A stretch of 64,000 nt of DNA from Torpedo marmorata (lineage: Eukaryota), in contig OZ360235.1 of the NCBI GenBank assembly GCA_977017645.1, positions 48,050,001-48,114,000 of the forward strand. The letters run 5' to 3'. Position 1 is the stretch's first letter; the number at the start of each line of letters is the position of its first letter. Below are positions 14,066 to 27,140 of the stretch, one piece after another. The translations under genes and the position numbers were made by a program. The notes below the pieces were generated by a model. It was not told the DNA's origin and made no database searches. It was given only the letters and a program-made list of their open reading frames with translations.

Positions 14066-15052
14066 TAGTGTTGAGAACCTCAAGGCAATACATTGGGACA
14101 GCACTTGGACACTTTGCAAGTGGTGTAAGAAACCCGAAAGCTGACAAAACACCCACTAACCACTCCATCATACACCCCTAACTCCTCTGCAGAAGAGTCT
14201 ATGGTTCCCACATGAGCTACAATAGCTCCCTTGTAATCCACAAAATCAGAGTGGAAGCAAGTTACTCTTGATCCTGAGGGACTGCCCTGGAATAAGATGA
14301 GATGTTTATAAGCAGGTTTTGCATGCCTAGGGAAGCTGTCCAGAAACTGAAAACGATTTTCAGGTTCACTTCTTGTCAACAAGTTAGTAGCAAGCACAGC
14401 TTTCAGCCTGAGCCATTCCTTTCTCCAGTCCCAATGCTAATCCAGATCCCAATTTTCTCACCTCTTGTCATTTATTTTCTTGTTTGCAAAGCAATAATGG
14501 AGCTGCAATTATTCTTATACAAATAAAACAAAGTTTGCTTTGATTCTTACATGATTTATTTTTTCACTACAAAACAGACATAATTTTCTTATGATAATGG
14601 TTTCATGCAAAAGACAATTTAGTGTTAACTTTGTAAATCATACTCCAATCTCTGTCACTAAGTAAGGGTCTGCTGGGAGCTCCTCTTCAGCTTTCTTTGA
14701 GGGAAGAGGAAAAATAATATATTCTTCAGGTTAAAATGTCACTGTACACACTCTACATCAGAATGTCCAAGCAGATTTGTTTAAATGGCTCTTCTATTTC
14801 TCAAAGATTAAAAAACATTTCAGCATTGTGTTCTTCCTGTTTCTATCTGTTCATCTACAATCCTTTGGTATGCGCTGATTTGACGAGAAACCATTAACAG
14901 TGTACAAGACAATGGTGTAATTCTACAGAAAGCCAACTTTGCATTTTTTATATGCACTGGAAAGAGTCTTCCAAATAAAAGCCCAGTAGGCAAATGTTGC
15001 TGAGGAAATAAAATCCCTTTGGATAGATCAGTTATATTACTTCAAATGGCAG

Positions 15053-15616
15053 TTAGTTGCTTAGTTCACCAAATTCATGGAAAGGAGAAAGGGATTTGGA
15101 CTCTCCATCACTATTGCCTTCTCTACTCCTGGGAATAGGACATGGTAGCTTATGGAATACTGCAGGCCTTGAAGACAAGGGCCCTATGTCCTTAGCCTTT
15201 GATGAATTCAGTAACTCCTGAAGGTGCTTGATGTAGCTGATAGCAGCCCTTAAGGTCTCCACTTTGCTGAGTCGTTTGTCTGCAAAATCCTCAGGGAGAT
15301 GTTCTCTGAGACGTGCATAACCTTCATTGACATAGCGCACTCTCTGCCTCTCCCTTTCGTTGCGTTTCCTGATAAAAGCTGGCTCAAAAGAATAATCATA
15401 GATCCCCAAGTGGTGGTGTAAAGGTAGGTAAGACAGTCTGCCGGTATAGGCTTCATGGAATGTGCCTTCCAAGTATGCAGTGTCAACAGGAAAGGTTAAT
15501 GGCAAACCCTCTGAAAAAGGTACCCCAATATAGTCATTCACCCGAGCCAAGGACACCCCAATGGGTCTTGAGTAAGGGATTCTTTCCATTGCTGCTCCTT
15601 GCTGATCGCTATCCAT
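15053..15616 (-). CDS. ASCL4: Achaete-scute family bHLH transcription factor 4 (single coding exon, 187 aa)
   Basis: bHLH EPAFIRKRNERERQRVRYVNEGYARLREHLPEDFADKRLSKVETLRAAISYIKHLQELL is ASCL3/4/5 type and closest to ASCL4 as recalled. The gene is divergent from PRDM4, as in human. Minus-strand AATAAA candidates at 14555-14560 and 14471-14476. Confidence 0.9.
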   Translation of the reverse strand: MDSDQQGAAMERIPYSRPIGVSLARVNDYIGVPFSEGLPLTFPVDTAYLEGTFHEAYTGRLSYLPLHHHLGIYDYSFEPAFIRKRNERERQRVRYVNEGYARLREHLPEDFADKRLSKVETLRAAISYIKHLQELLNSSKAKDIGPLSSRPAVFHKLPCPIPRSREGNSDGESKSLSPFHEFGELSN

Positions 15617-18199
15617 TTTAAATCAGGTGTTCAAACGCAGTAGTTTACTCTCCCTTGTACTTGCTGATAAAGTTTCTATGAAGGTGGTAATAACAAAATC
15701 TTCAGATTCAATTTTTCAAATACATAAGTTCACATTCATATCTCTCAAACATCAGGAAAGAGAAGGATTAATGTTGAATCGCAGAAGGAACACTAATTGT
15801 TCTGCATGTCCTTGTTGGAATACCCTGTTCCAAAATGGAAATAGAAAGGGTATATATTACAATGAACCATTATCACTGACTTTCACTAAATTATTTTAAT
15901 ACCTCGTATATTCAAGGGACTGATTACTATCATGCATACATTATAATAAACAATTTTTTAACATTTCTGTATGAGGAACTTTCTTTTGCTTTGCCTTTTT
16001 TTACACATATGGTCCATATTGATATTATAGAAAAATGCAAATTTAACAAGGATGAATGGCTATGAATACAAAGGAAACTGTTAGAATTAGAATGTGATAC
16101 AAAAATGACCTAAAACATTCCCTCCCCTCAAAGCTCTATGTTTTTAAGTTCCAGGAGAGATGTTCTGAGTTATTAGTTTATCCATTCAACATTGTGGGGG
16201 AAATTTTAACCTTACCCTGTCCAACAGAAACCAGTTGACCAAGGAAATCAACCCTCAACCAAACAAAATGGAGCCTTCTTAACATTTGCCAATTGAGCCG
16301 CAGTGATATGACCAAGACCTGACTGCAATTTTAACCGTAAGTGTACACTTCCTTGACTGCACAATCCTACAGAAATGGGAACATGGAGTAAAAAAGACCC
16401 AAGATTTTTTAAAGTGTTCAGTTTCCTGTGGGGCAGGAGAGCAATGGCACAGGAATGGGCCTCACAAAGAACCTCTCCATGAACTCAATCATAATACACA
16501 GTGGCGAACACAATCACCTTGGGTTGCATATATGCTGACAATCATTCCTGGGTCCCTGGGTGTGGCCTTTTATTATCCAGACAATAATTCTTGCTCGCCA
16601 GCCTCCAGTGAACGTCCATTTTTTGAAATGTTTACTAGACCTCCAGGATAGGCCAGCTTTCTGGCAGTCCACAATCCCACCAAAGAGTTATAATTTACCC
16701 CATTGTCATGCCATAAATTTAAAAAAAATTCTTGTTGATAAAACTGCTTTAATTCTGTTTTAAGCCACCATGGTTCACTTAATGATTTGATGATTTCCAG
16801 TATCCTTACTTGCCCAAATAGGAAGTCCTTCAAGAAAGACATGTGTGGCGAATTTTTTTCTGAGTTAAAATGGAAGTGTTGATGGCTTTGTCTCCTCACC
16901 ACCTAGCCAGGATATGTTGGAAACTGAATGTATCACACAAAACTGGAGATCAAAGCAAGATCAAAAGCAATTGACTTGCTATCAATTTTGAGCATATTTT
17001 ACTTGGTTCTGTCTAAAGAATTTTGTCTTAATTTTACTTGAATACTTTTTTACAAATGATACACATAGAAATGTCAGAAAGTCAATATAATAAATTAAAT
17101 AATTAATCAGTGATGTTTATTGAAATGACTTATTCAGGGATAGAAGGGACTGAAATTACTCTCAGCATGTTAAAATGAATGGGGTAGTCATCAAGTAAAG
17201 AAAAAAAATGGGAGATATAACTCAGTATAATGCATTAATGGGAAATATGCAGTATCTGATAAAGATGATTATAATATATACTTTGGTTCAGAAAATACAG
17301 AGACAGATACATTGTTAAAAAGCATAACAAGGCAAGAATGGAACCAAAATTAAGACTTGTTCTCTATTTATAACAGAAAGACAAATTAAATATTACATAT
17401 TTAGTACAATATTGCATTTTTATGCTTTTTATTTTAAAAATGGATACAGGTTTGAAAACATAAAACATAAAACGTCAAATATCCATGGGAAATTGTGGCT
17501 GATGAAGGAAAAGGTCTGAAAAATCTAAAGAAGAAAGATTCAAAGGTGCATGAGTTAGAATCAGAAAAGAAAGAGTTAGGGGAGAGAATGAGTAAAAATA
17601 AACAAGGAGTACAAATGAAAAAGGCAAGAGCCAAATTTAAAAAAGATGGTAGAAGGATGAAAAGCCTTTTGAAAAGGCTACACAACAAATCAGTATATAG
17701 CAAAGAAAGCATCTTTAAGAAGAAACCACAACACTCATGATGTTTCTTAATGGAAGTGAATATTAGTGTAGAATCTTCCTTACCTCTTTGGCTGTAAGAT
17801 TGCCTCAACATTTTTTACAATTTGGCACGGTCACTCCGGGTTGCTGCGTCTTGAAGGGTGTAGGGAGCACAAACCTCTCTGCTCTTATTAGACCTGGAAA
17901 GTCTTCTACTGTCTTCCTTGGATTTAAGCAACCACTCGAGTCCTCCCCTTCTAGCTGCTATCAAGAAAAGCTTTGCCGAGCAGAAGCAAACAGTGGAATT
18001 TTTCTCTTTCTCAGTCCATACTGAGGATTGTTTTGGGCTTCTGCCTTTGGGATTGGGTAATTCCTCTTAGATCAAAGAGCTGCATGGATTCTGCAGAGTC
18101 CTGCCTCCTTTCACGCAGACACTTGGAAATGCTTGAATAGTGATGATTGAAATAACTTCAATACAACAGAGATCAGTGATCAAATTTCGGTCAGAGATT

Positions 18200-18515
18200 G
18201 GGCAGCACAGTGGTGCTGCTACCTCACAGTTCCAGCGTCCCTGGTTTAGTGCTGTCTGTCGGTAATTTGCATGTTCTCCCTGTGGCTGGCGGGGCTTTAC
18301 TTGGCTGCTCTGATTTCTTCCCACATTTAAAAGATGTGCTGGTTGGTAGCTTAAGAGGTACTGTAAATTATCCCTGGAGCAGCTGTATGGTGGGAGAACC
18401 AGGATGGAGTTGATGGGCATATAAGAGTGGATAGGTCACGAAGAAATAAGTGGGATTGATATTGATGAGTTTGGTGTGTGAGCCAGCATAGTCTGAATGG
18501 GCTGAAAAGACTCAA
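18200..18515 (+). mobile_element. Older V-SINE copy
   Basis: gggcagcacagtggtgctgctacctcacag head followed by the tttgcatgttctccctgtg V-domain motif. Confidence 0.7.
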
Positions 18516-19254
18516 TATTGTTGGGAAATGTGAGTTGGATATATGGACAGGGAGCTTAAAAATCAGATGCAGTCAGAAATGCAGTGATATTATAACATGA
18601 AAACAAACAAATGCAGAAAAATACTTTGGAATGGAGAAGAGAAATGGATAGAGAAATTCAGCACAGATGGAAACATTAATAAAGATAGAAAGTGGAAAAC
18701 AAAGTGATAGCTGGAATGCTATGTCGTCTGGTAGAAAAAGATCACAAGATAATAATGTGGGAGATTGTTTATTAGACTATATATCAGATCATATTCTGCT
18801 TTTGAATCATGTTTGATCTGTCATGGGACTCACAGAATTACAGACAATTTAATATCAACAACTGTCCATATCCCTAGAGCAATTAACCATCTGAAATGCT
18901 GTGTTTTACAAGGCACTGCTGTGATGTAATGGTCATTATATGTAAGTGGGTCTGTAATGTGCTGGGATTGTCAGTACTGTGGTCCATATTATCCATTTTT
19001 CTTTCATCATCTGTTTTAAACTTGCCTTTATTCTTTCCTTCAAATGTAGGCACTGACACATTCTTCTCTTCCCTACTTCTTCCTTATATCAAAATCTCTT
19101 TCTCCTTCTCTAACTCAATAGGTTATGGGTTCTCAAAGCTGGAAGACCTCATTATTCTTTCACATATTTAAAATTGGACTGAAAATCTAAGCTCGGCTTC
19201 TTGCTATTCAAAGGATGTAACTTTGAATACAATATGACATGGCTGATACACATG

Positions 19255-20100
19255 GCCTTCAGGACCAAGCCTCCAACAGGAGCTCTCACCCTGGCCCCGG
19301 CAGCCTACAGAACTAAGCCTCCATCAGGAACTCTCACCTCTGCCCCGGCAGCCTACAGGATCGAGCCTCCATCAGGAACTCTCACCCTGGCCCCGGCGGC
19401 CAACAGGACCAAGCCTCCATCAAGAACTCTCACCCTTGCCCCACCGGCCCACAGGACCAAGCCTCCATCACAAACTGTCACCCTGGTCCCGGCAGCCTAC
19501 AGGACTGAGACTCCGTCAGGAATGCTCACCCTGGCCCCGGCGGCCCACAGGAATGAGCCTCCGTCACAAACTCTCACCCAGGCCCCTCTGACCCTCCCCC
19601 TCCACCCTCTGACTTCCCCAACCCTCCCCTTCCTCCCTTGGATCCCTCTGACCCTCCACCTCCTGATCCATCCCATCCTCCTCCCCACTGACGCCTACAA
19701 CCCCTGCCTGGTCTTTATCATCCCGTCTGACCTTCCTCACTTTTCTTCAGTAGAGGCCTGACCTTCGACCCCCTTTGCCCACACCTCAACGAATTCTGCA
19801 CACGCCACAATGCCAAACTGTTCTTCCATCAGCTCCATCTCCGTGCTTTCTTTTTCCTCCAGGTTTCTCCCCCTTCCCACCTCTACAGACCCCTTCTCCC
19901 GCCTTAAAGCTTCTTCTGCCTCCTGGACACCTCTTTCCGGCCTTCTGCCGCTCTGTATCTTTATATTTCCAACTGCCACTGAGAGATCAACCGTCTCGAC
20001 TTCACTACTCCCCTCACTTATTCTAATCTGACCCCCTTGGAAGACTCTGCCCTCTATTTTCTCTGCACCAATCCCAATCTATCAAATCTGCAGACAAGGA
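19255..20100 (+). mobile_element. Penelope-like element 5' region with 48-bp tandem repeats (19255-19585)
   Basis: About 7 copies encoding RTKPPSGTLTLAPAAY-like units, followed by degenerate PCLVFIIPSDLP...INRLDF...KSADK pre-RT sequence. Confidence 0.7.
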
Positions 20101-20276
20101 AATTATGGCATTATCACAAGGGGATTATAGTAAATGTAAAGAAATTACACAATTTAAATGGGCAAAGGAAGGAATTAAATATTTGGGAATAAAGATTGAC
20201 ACAAAATTGGCTAATTTATATAAATTAAATTATTTACCATTATTTGTGAAAATAAAAAAGGATTTAGAAAATTGGG
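20101..20276 (+). mobile_element. L1/Tx1-like ORF2 fragment
   Basis: FKWAKEGIKYLGIKI...LYKLNYLPLFVKIKKDLENW. Confidence 0.75.
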
Positions 20277-20745
20277 AGGGGACGTTGTTGAGGAGTCTGA
20301 TGGTAGAGGGGTAGCAGCTGTTCCTGAACCTGGTGGTGTGAGTCTTTTTTTAAAATATTTTATTTTTCATTTTCAAAATTTTCACAAAACATTAATAAAC
20401 AATCACAAATATACATAAATTTCAAACGTATCAGGTGGTGTGAGTCTTTCCTGATGGCAGCAGCGAGAACAGAGCATGTGCTGGGTGGTGTGGATCCTTG
20501 ATGATTGCTGCTGCTATCGGACGGCAGCGTTCCCTGTAGATGTTCTCGATAGTGGGGAGGGTTTTGCCTGTGATGTCCTGGGCTGTGTCCACTACCTTTT
20601 GGATGGCTTTCCGCTCAGGGGTATTGGTGTCCCCATACCAGACTGTGATGCAGCCGGTCAGCACACTTTCCAGCACACATCTGTAGAAATTTGCCAGGGT
20701 TTTTTTTGTCATACCAAACCTCCGCAAACTCCTGAGGAAGTAAAG

Positions 20746-21756
20746 GTAACTCAGCCCTCACCCGCATCCGCTCATCTGCCCTGGCCCCCTCTGCCCCCAG
20801 ACGCAACAAACATAGAATCCCCCTCATCCTCACCTACCACCCCACCAGCCTCCGCATCCAACACATTATCCGCCGGAATTTCCGGCACTTACAACAGGAT
20901 CCCACCACCAGACACATTTTTCCTTCTCCTCCCCTCTCGGCCTTCCGTAGGGACCGCTCCCTCCGCGATTCACTCGTGCACTCATCCCTCCCCACCCATC
21001 GCACCCCCGGCACCTTCCTCTGTGCCCGCAGGAGGTGCAACACCTGCGCCCACACCTCCCCCCTCACCACGGTCCAGGGCCCCAAACAGGCCTTCCAAGT
21101 GAAACTACACTTCACTTGTACATACAGAGAACTTATTTACTGCATCCGGTGCTCCCTTTGTGGCTTTCTCTACATCGGAGAGACCGGTCGCAGATTGGGA
21201 GACCGCTTAGCTGAGCACCTCCTCTCCGTCCGCAACAACAGCGACCTCCCAGTAGCCAGCCATTTCAATTCTGGGTCACACTCCCACACTCACATGTCTG
21301 TCCATGGCCTTATGTACTATCCCACCCAGACTACCCGCAAATTGGAGGAACAACATCTCATTTTCCGTCTCGGCACTCTCCAGCCAGATGGCATTAACAT
21401 TGACTTTTCTGCTTTCCACTAAACCTGCTTGTCGTTCCCTTCCCCTCCCCCCTCACCTGTCCTTCCTGTTTTTCTCCACCTACCTAGCCATCCCTCCTCC
21501 CCCTCTTTGCTGCTGTCCCCTCCCTCCTTTCTCCACCTATTATCTCCTGCCTTTGCCACCCCCCCTTCCCCCCTCACTCTTTTGTTCGGATGCCTGCCGG
21601 CATTTTCTCATACTTTGATGAAGGGCTCAAGCCTGAAACGTCGGTTATGTATTTCTACCTTTGCTACATAAAAGACACTGTTTGACCTGCTGAGTTTCTC
21701 CAGCATTTGTGTTTTTTACTTCAACCACGGTGTCTACAGATTTTCGTGTTTTACTT
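20746..21756 (+). mobile_element. Penelope-like element 3' part with GIY-YIG endonuclease ORF (20976-21422) and tail
   Basis: CARRRCNTC...LIYCIRCSLCGFLYIGETGRRLGDRLAEHL...RKLEEQHLIFRLGTLQPDGINIDF. Confidence 0.9.
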
Positions 21757-21757
21757 T

Positions 21758-21941
21758 TAAAGGTAAAGGTTCCATTATTGTCATGTAATACTACATTTAG
21801 AATGTAACATACATGAAATTCTTTAATTTTTGTCCAGCGCCCCTCACAGAAACCTATAGCACCTGGTGTTCCTTGGTGGTCTCCCCTCCAAGTACTGACC
21901 AGTCCTGTACCTGCTTAGCTTCTGAGATCAGACAATCCCAG
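21758..21941 (-). mobile_element. 5S rRNA-derived SINE (SINE3-like) or 5S-LINE chimera
   Basis: Reverse complement of 21851-21935 reads GTCTGATCTCAGAAGCTAAGCAGG...AGTACTTGGAGGGGAGACCACC...GGTGCTATAGG (3' two-thirds of 5S), followed by a short body and a GACAATAA-(CCTTTA)n tail. Confidence 0.75.
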
Positions 21942-22017
21942 TTTTACTTTCTTCACGATGCCATTAGTGTGTAGGCTCCAGGAAAGATCCTCCAAGATAC
22001 TGACTCCCAAAAACTTA

Positions 22018-23213
22018 GAACCATAGAACCATAAAACACTACAGCACAGAAAACAGGCCATTCAGCCCTTCTAGTCTGTGCCGAAACATCATTCCGCTAG
22101 TCCCATTGACCTGCACAAAGTCCATAACCCTCCAGACCTCTCCCATCCATGTATCTATCCAATTTATTCTTAAAACTTACGAGTGAGCCCGCATTTACCA
22201 CACCAGATGGCAGCTCATTCCACACTCCCACCACTCTCTGAGTGAAGCAGTTCCCCCTAATGTTCCCCCTAAACCTTTCCCCTTTCACTCTAAAGCCATG
22301 TCCTCTTGTATTTATCTCTCCCAATCTAAGTGGAAAGAGCCTACTCGCATTTACTCTGTCTATACCTCTCATAATTTTGTAAACCTCTATCAAATCTCCC
22401 CTCATTCTTCTACACTCCAAGGAATAAAGTCCTAACCTGTTTAATCTTTCCCTGTAACTCAACTCCTGAAGACCCGGCAACATCCTAGTAAATCTTCACT
22501 GTACTCTTTCAATCTTACTGATATCCTTCCTGTAGTTTGGCGACCAGAACTGCACAGAATACTCCAAATTTGGCCTCACCAATGCCTTATACAACCTCAC
22601 CATAACATCCCAACTCCTGTACTCAATACTTTGATTTATGAAGGCCAAGATGCCAAAAGATTTCTTCACAACCCTGTCTACCTGTGATGCCACTTTCAGG
22701 GAATCTGTATTCCCAGAACCCTTTGTTCCTCTGCACTAGTCAGTGCCCTACCATTTACAGTGTATGTCCTTCCAAAATGCAAGACCTCACACTTGTCTGC
22801 ATTAAATTCCATCTGCCATTTTCTGGCCCATTTTCCAGTTGGTCCAGATCCCTCTGCAAGCTTTGAAAGCCTTCCTCACTGTCCACAACGCCTCCAATCT
22901 TAGTGTCATCAGCAAACTTGCTGATCCAATTTACCACATTATCATCCAGATCATTGATATAGACAACAAACAACAATGGTCCCAGCACCGATCCCTGAGG
23001 CACACCACTAATCACAGGCCTCCAGTCTGAGAAGCAAGCATCCACTAACACTCTCTGTCTTCTCCCATTCAGCCAATTTCGAATCCAGTTTACAACCTCT
23101 CCATGGATACCCAGTGTCTGAACCTTCTGAACTAACTTCCCATGTGGGACCTTGTCAAAGGCCTTACTAAAGTCCATGTAGACAACATCCACAGCCTTTC
23201 CTTCATCTACTTT
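22018..23213 (-). mobile_element. 5'-truncated CR1 LINE (RT C-terminal half)
   Basis: VDVVYMDFSKAFDKVPH, GVPQGSVLGPLLF, KFADDTK, LVRPNLEY, and a short-repeat tail. Confidence 0.92.
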
Positions 23214-23310
23214 CTTAAATTTTCTCACCCTCTCCACCTCTGATCCCTCAATGATCACTGGATCGTACACATCTGGTTTTCCCTTCCTGAAGTCAACAAT
23301 CAGCTCCTTA

Positions 23311-24163
23311 AAATCCCTAAAGTAGGAATTCATAAATCAAGATTAAAATGGGAATCAGATTTGAATGTAACAATAGATGAAGAACATTGGAAAGAATTAT
23401 GGAAACTAAGTATGACGAAGATGATTAATGTTAGATATAGATTAGTTCAATATAATTTTTTTCATCAATTATATTTAACGCTGAAAAAATTAAAGAAATT
23501 TAACGTGACATTATCAGGCTTATGTTTTAGATGTAATAGAGAGGAAGGTTCTTTTGTACATTCTACATGGTTTTGTCCAAAGGTTTATGATTTTTGGTTG
23601 AAAGTTAAAAAGTTTTTAGATAAAGTATTAAAAATTACATTCCCAATGGACCCTATGATATTTTTGTTTGGAGATATTAAAAGAGTTAGTATTAAGATGA
23701 AATTAAATATGTATCAAATAGAATTTTTGCGAATTGCTTTAGCTGTTTCTAAGAAATGTATTGCTATTACTTGGAAATCTGATATAGATTTAGGGTTAGA
23801 AAGATGGCATGTATACCACTTGAAAAAATTACTTATAATCTACGTAATAAATATCATTTCTTTTTGAAAATATGGAGCCCATATATGAAGGCTGTTGGTT
23901 TAAGGATTTGAAGATCTGTGGACATCGGATCTGACTGGCGAACCTATTCTCCATAATAAAATTAGTTATAGATGTATTTTTTTAGATTGACATTCTCCTT
24001 ATTCTGTCTTTTTCTTTTTGTAGATTAGTAGGGATGGGAGGGTTAGGGAGGGGAGGGAGGGTGAAAATGTATCACAAGTATTTTGATAATTTCATATTTT
24101 ACCTTATGTATTTTGTGATTTAAAATTTTAAATAAAATATTTAATAAAAAAAAAGAAAAAAAA
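23311..24163 (+). mobile_element. L1/Tx1-like LINE 3' end with poly(A) and a 16-bp TSD
   Basis: CFRC...H.TWFCP zinc knuckle; TSD aacaatcagctcctta at 23295-23310 and 24164-24179. Confidence 0.85.
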
Positions 24164-24522
24164 ACAATCAGCTCCTTAGTTTTGGTGCAAGGTTGCTGTT
24201 GGTGCACCATTCAGCCAAGTTTTCAATCTCCCTCCTGTATCTTTATACAACCCACTACCATGGTATCGTTGACAAATTTGTAGATGGTGTTATTGTCGTT
24301 CCGAGCCATACAGTCGTAGGTGTAAAGTGAGTAGAGCAGGGGGCTAAGAACGCAGCCCTGTGGTGCTCTGGTACTGATGGAGATTGTGGAGGAGATGTTC
24401 TAACCATCCTCACTGATTGTGGTCTGGAGGTGAGGAAATCCAGGATCCAATTACACAGTGGGGTGTTGAGTCCCAGGTCTTGGAGTTTGTTGATCAATTT
24501 TGAGGGGATGATGGTGTTAAAT

Positions 24523-27140
24523 CAGGGGTCTCCAAAGTGGTTGATGTCGACCCTGGACTATCCAAGGGGTCGATAAATGCCTGGGGGTCAAAAGGGGGTC
24601 GATTGAACTTTTGGGGTCGAAAGCTGACATTCGTATAAGAAATAAAAATACATAAAATACAACTTGCTGATACACATTTCCGATTTATATATAATTAGTT
24701 TTTATTGTCTATTTATTTTATATTCTGTTTACTGAAACATAATGATAATAATATAGTTATAATAATTTATTATTAGTTGGAATCACAAGACAATGGACTG
24801 TTGTAATACCTGTTTCCACAAGGATGAATTGACTTGGATTTTCTTTACTCATATGCCCTATTTTTTAAAAAATACTCGATAAATGTATTAACTATATTAT
24901 TCATCATTAGCATTGTAGTCTTATAACATTTTAAAACATTTTAGCTTAGCCTTAGCTTTATTTTCAAGTACGTAATGAAAATCTGGATTGTGGATTGTAT
25001 CCCGGCCGCGTCATTTCCTGTCCAACGGCGCCAACCTGTCCAGAGACAGACAGTGCACATTCAACACCCATAGCTATCGGAGTGGTGTCAGTGAACTGAT
25101 AGCTGTGCATTTACTGTGTAAATTTGCCACATTTCTAGTAAGCACAATGGCGGCCGCTAAGGCTAAGAATAAGTGCCGACAATATTCATAAGAGTATTTG
25201 AAATTTGGATTCGTACCTTCGTTTACTAATGAAACAATGCCTATGTGCCTGTTATGTGAAAAGACTTTCAGTAATGATGCCATGAAACCTGCGAAGATGA
25301 AAGACCACCTCGAAAGGATTCAATGAATCAATTACTTTTGCACACTGATTGTCAAGAGGTGATAGCTTGCAAAGACTTGTTGACTTGTATGACTCAACTG
25401 TGGAGTTTCTTACGGATGTGGACCCATCACTATGTGACAAGTTGAGAAAGTGTAAGAACCATCTGTTCTATTTGGCAGACCTATACAGGTATTCAAAATT
25501 TAATGAAGTACAATTATTCAAGCCCGAACAATCCTAATAGGTTTCCAAGTCAAAATAGGCCTATTTAAATCTTCATTGGCACGTAGAGATTTTAAGTATT
25601 TTCCAAACTTACGGCAATTGGAAGAAGATGAAAACATTTCAGACTGTGATCTGGAGATATACATAAAGTACCTTGAAAAATTAAGGGAAGACTTTAAAGT
25701 ACATTTCGAGGACCTGGAAAAAATGCACGTACCTGACTGGATTGTTACACCGTTTGATTTGGAAATGGCAAATGCAGACATTGAATCTCACTTAGAAGAT
25801 GAACTCGTTGATATGTGTATCAGCAAAAGTAAAAGCCTCAGTGACTATTGGAGCAATGTAAATACTGCTACTAAATACCCCAAGCTTAGTGCAGCGGTTG
25901 AGCCATTTTTACTTGCATTCCCAAGTTCGTACATGGTTGAAGCTGGTTTTAGCCACGCAAATGCGGTTATAACAAAGCAGAGGAACAGACTGAACCTGGA
26001 AGAGCGTGGTGACTTACGACTAAAACTCACCAATCTCCAACCAAATATCAATTCCCTTGCTGATGCTCATCAAACACATCCTTCCCATTAATGATGTCAA
26101 CCAATTCAATAAAAAAGGAATGTTAATTTTATTTTTGATGTATTTAATATTACCTATATTATTTATGAAGTTTTTCTCATTATTATTTTTTTAATTTAAA
26201 AAAAAATTAAATTTTAAATGTAGACATACAGCTCGGTAACAGGCCATTTCGGCCCACGAGCCCGTGCCACCCAATTTACACCCAATTAACCTATAATCCC
26301 CGGTACGTTTCGAACGGTGGGAGAAAACTGGAGCCCCTGGGGAAAACCCGCGCAGACACGGGGAGAACGTACAAACTCCTTACAGACAGCGCGGAATTCG
26401 AACCCTGGTCCCAATCGCTGGCGCTGTAAAGGCGTTGCGCTAACCGCTACGCCAACCGTGCTTATTATTATTGATGTTAGGTTTGGTATTGAAACTGGGG
26501 GTAATGAAAATGTAGCATGCATGTATAGTGTAGGGATCCAGGGAGTTCAGTTTGTCTGTCTGTCGTCATCTATCTGTCACGAAACTCCTCCGACACTATG
26601 GGACCAATTGTTATCAAAATTGGAACATAGATTGATTATTATACATATGCCAAATGATAGCAAACAGACTTTCCTCTCTCTCTCTTTCTTTCTGCTTGCT
26701 GGGAGTGTTGGAGAGCATTTAGTAAGAGGGAGTTGAATGATGTCATAGTTATGACATCTGCACCAAATGGCAGCAAACAGATTCTCCTCTCTGTGTATTT
26801 CCGTATATTTTATTTATCATGCTGTATTTCCACTTATTTCGGTAAGTTTGAACACTTTTATGTTGAATTCCAGCATTATATTCAATATTTTGTACATTTC
26901 TCACGATTTCCACAATGACAGTGAAGTTTTTCCTTTTTGTGTCCCTATATTTCATGAGAGATATTCACAGGGGGGAGGGGATACAGAACAAGTCTCGCAG
27001 GGTTTGTTATGCAGTTCCCCTCACTAATGCATATGGAAACTGCACGTCTACTTAATTACTATCTATCTATTTATTTATTTGTACATGCCTGGAGGTCGAT
27101 GAGGGATCAAGGATTCCACGAAGGGGTCGATGGTCCTCTG
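24523..27140 (+). mobile_element. hAT (Buster/Charlie-type) DNA transposon with an internally deleted, disrupted transposase
   Basis: 8-bp TSD tgttaaat at 24515-24522 and 27141-27148, ends CAG...CTG; N-terminal CLLCEKTFSNDAMKPAKMKDHL and C-terminal LLAFPSSYMVEAGFS...KQRNRL. Confidence 0.88.
26205..26462 (-). mobile_element. Young V-SINE copy nested in the hAT element
   Basis: Near-identical to 53932-54187, with CpGs retained. Confidence 0.88.

Noticed and set aside
17495-17740. Lys-rich 81-aa ORF
   Set aside because: GTG start, A/G-rich low-complexity DNA, no recognisable domain or convincing exon structure.
21851-21935. Functional 5S rRNA gene
   Set aside because: 5'-truncated, diverged, lacks a proper terminator and is fused to a retroposon tail.
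10300-24179. Shared agctcctt in the TSDs of two L1-like insertions, suggesting target specificity
   Set aside because: The motif lies in opposite orientation relative to the two elements and is absent from the third L1 TSD; probably coincidence.
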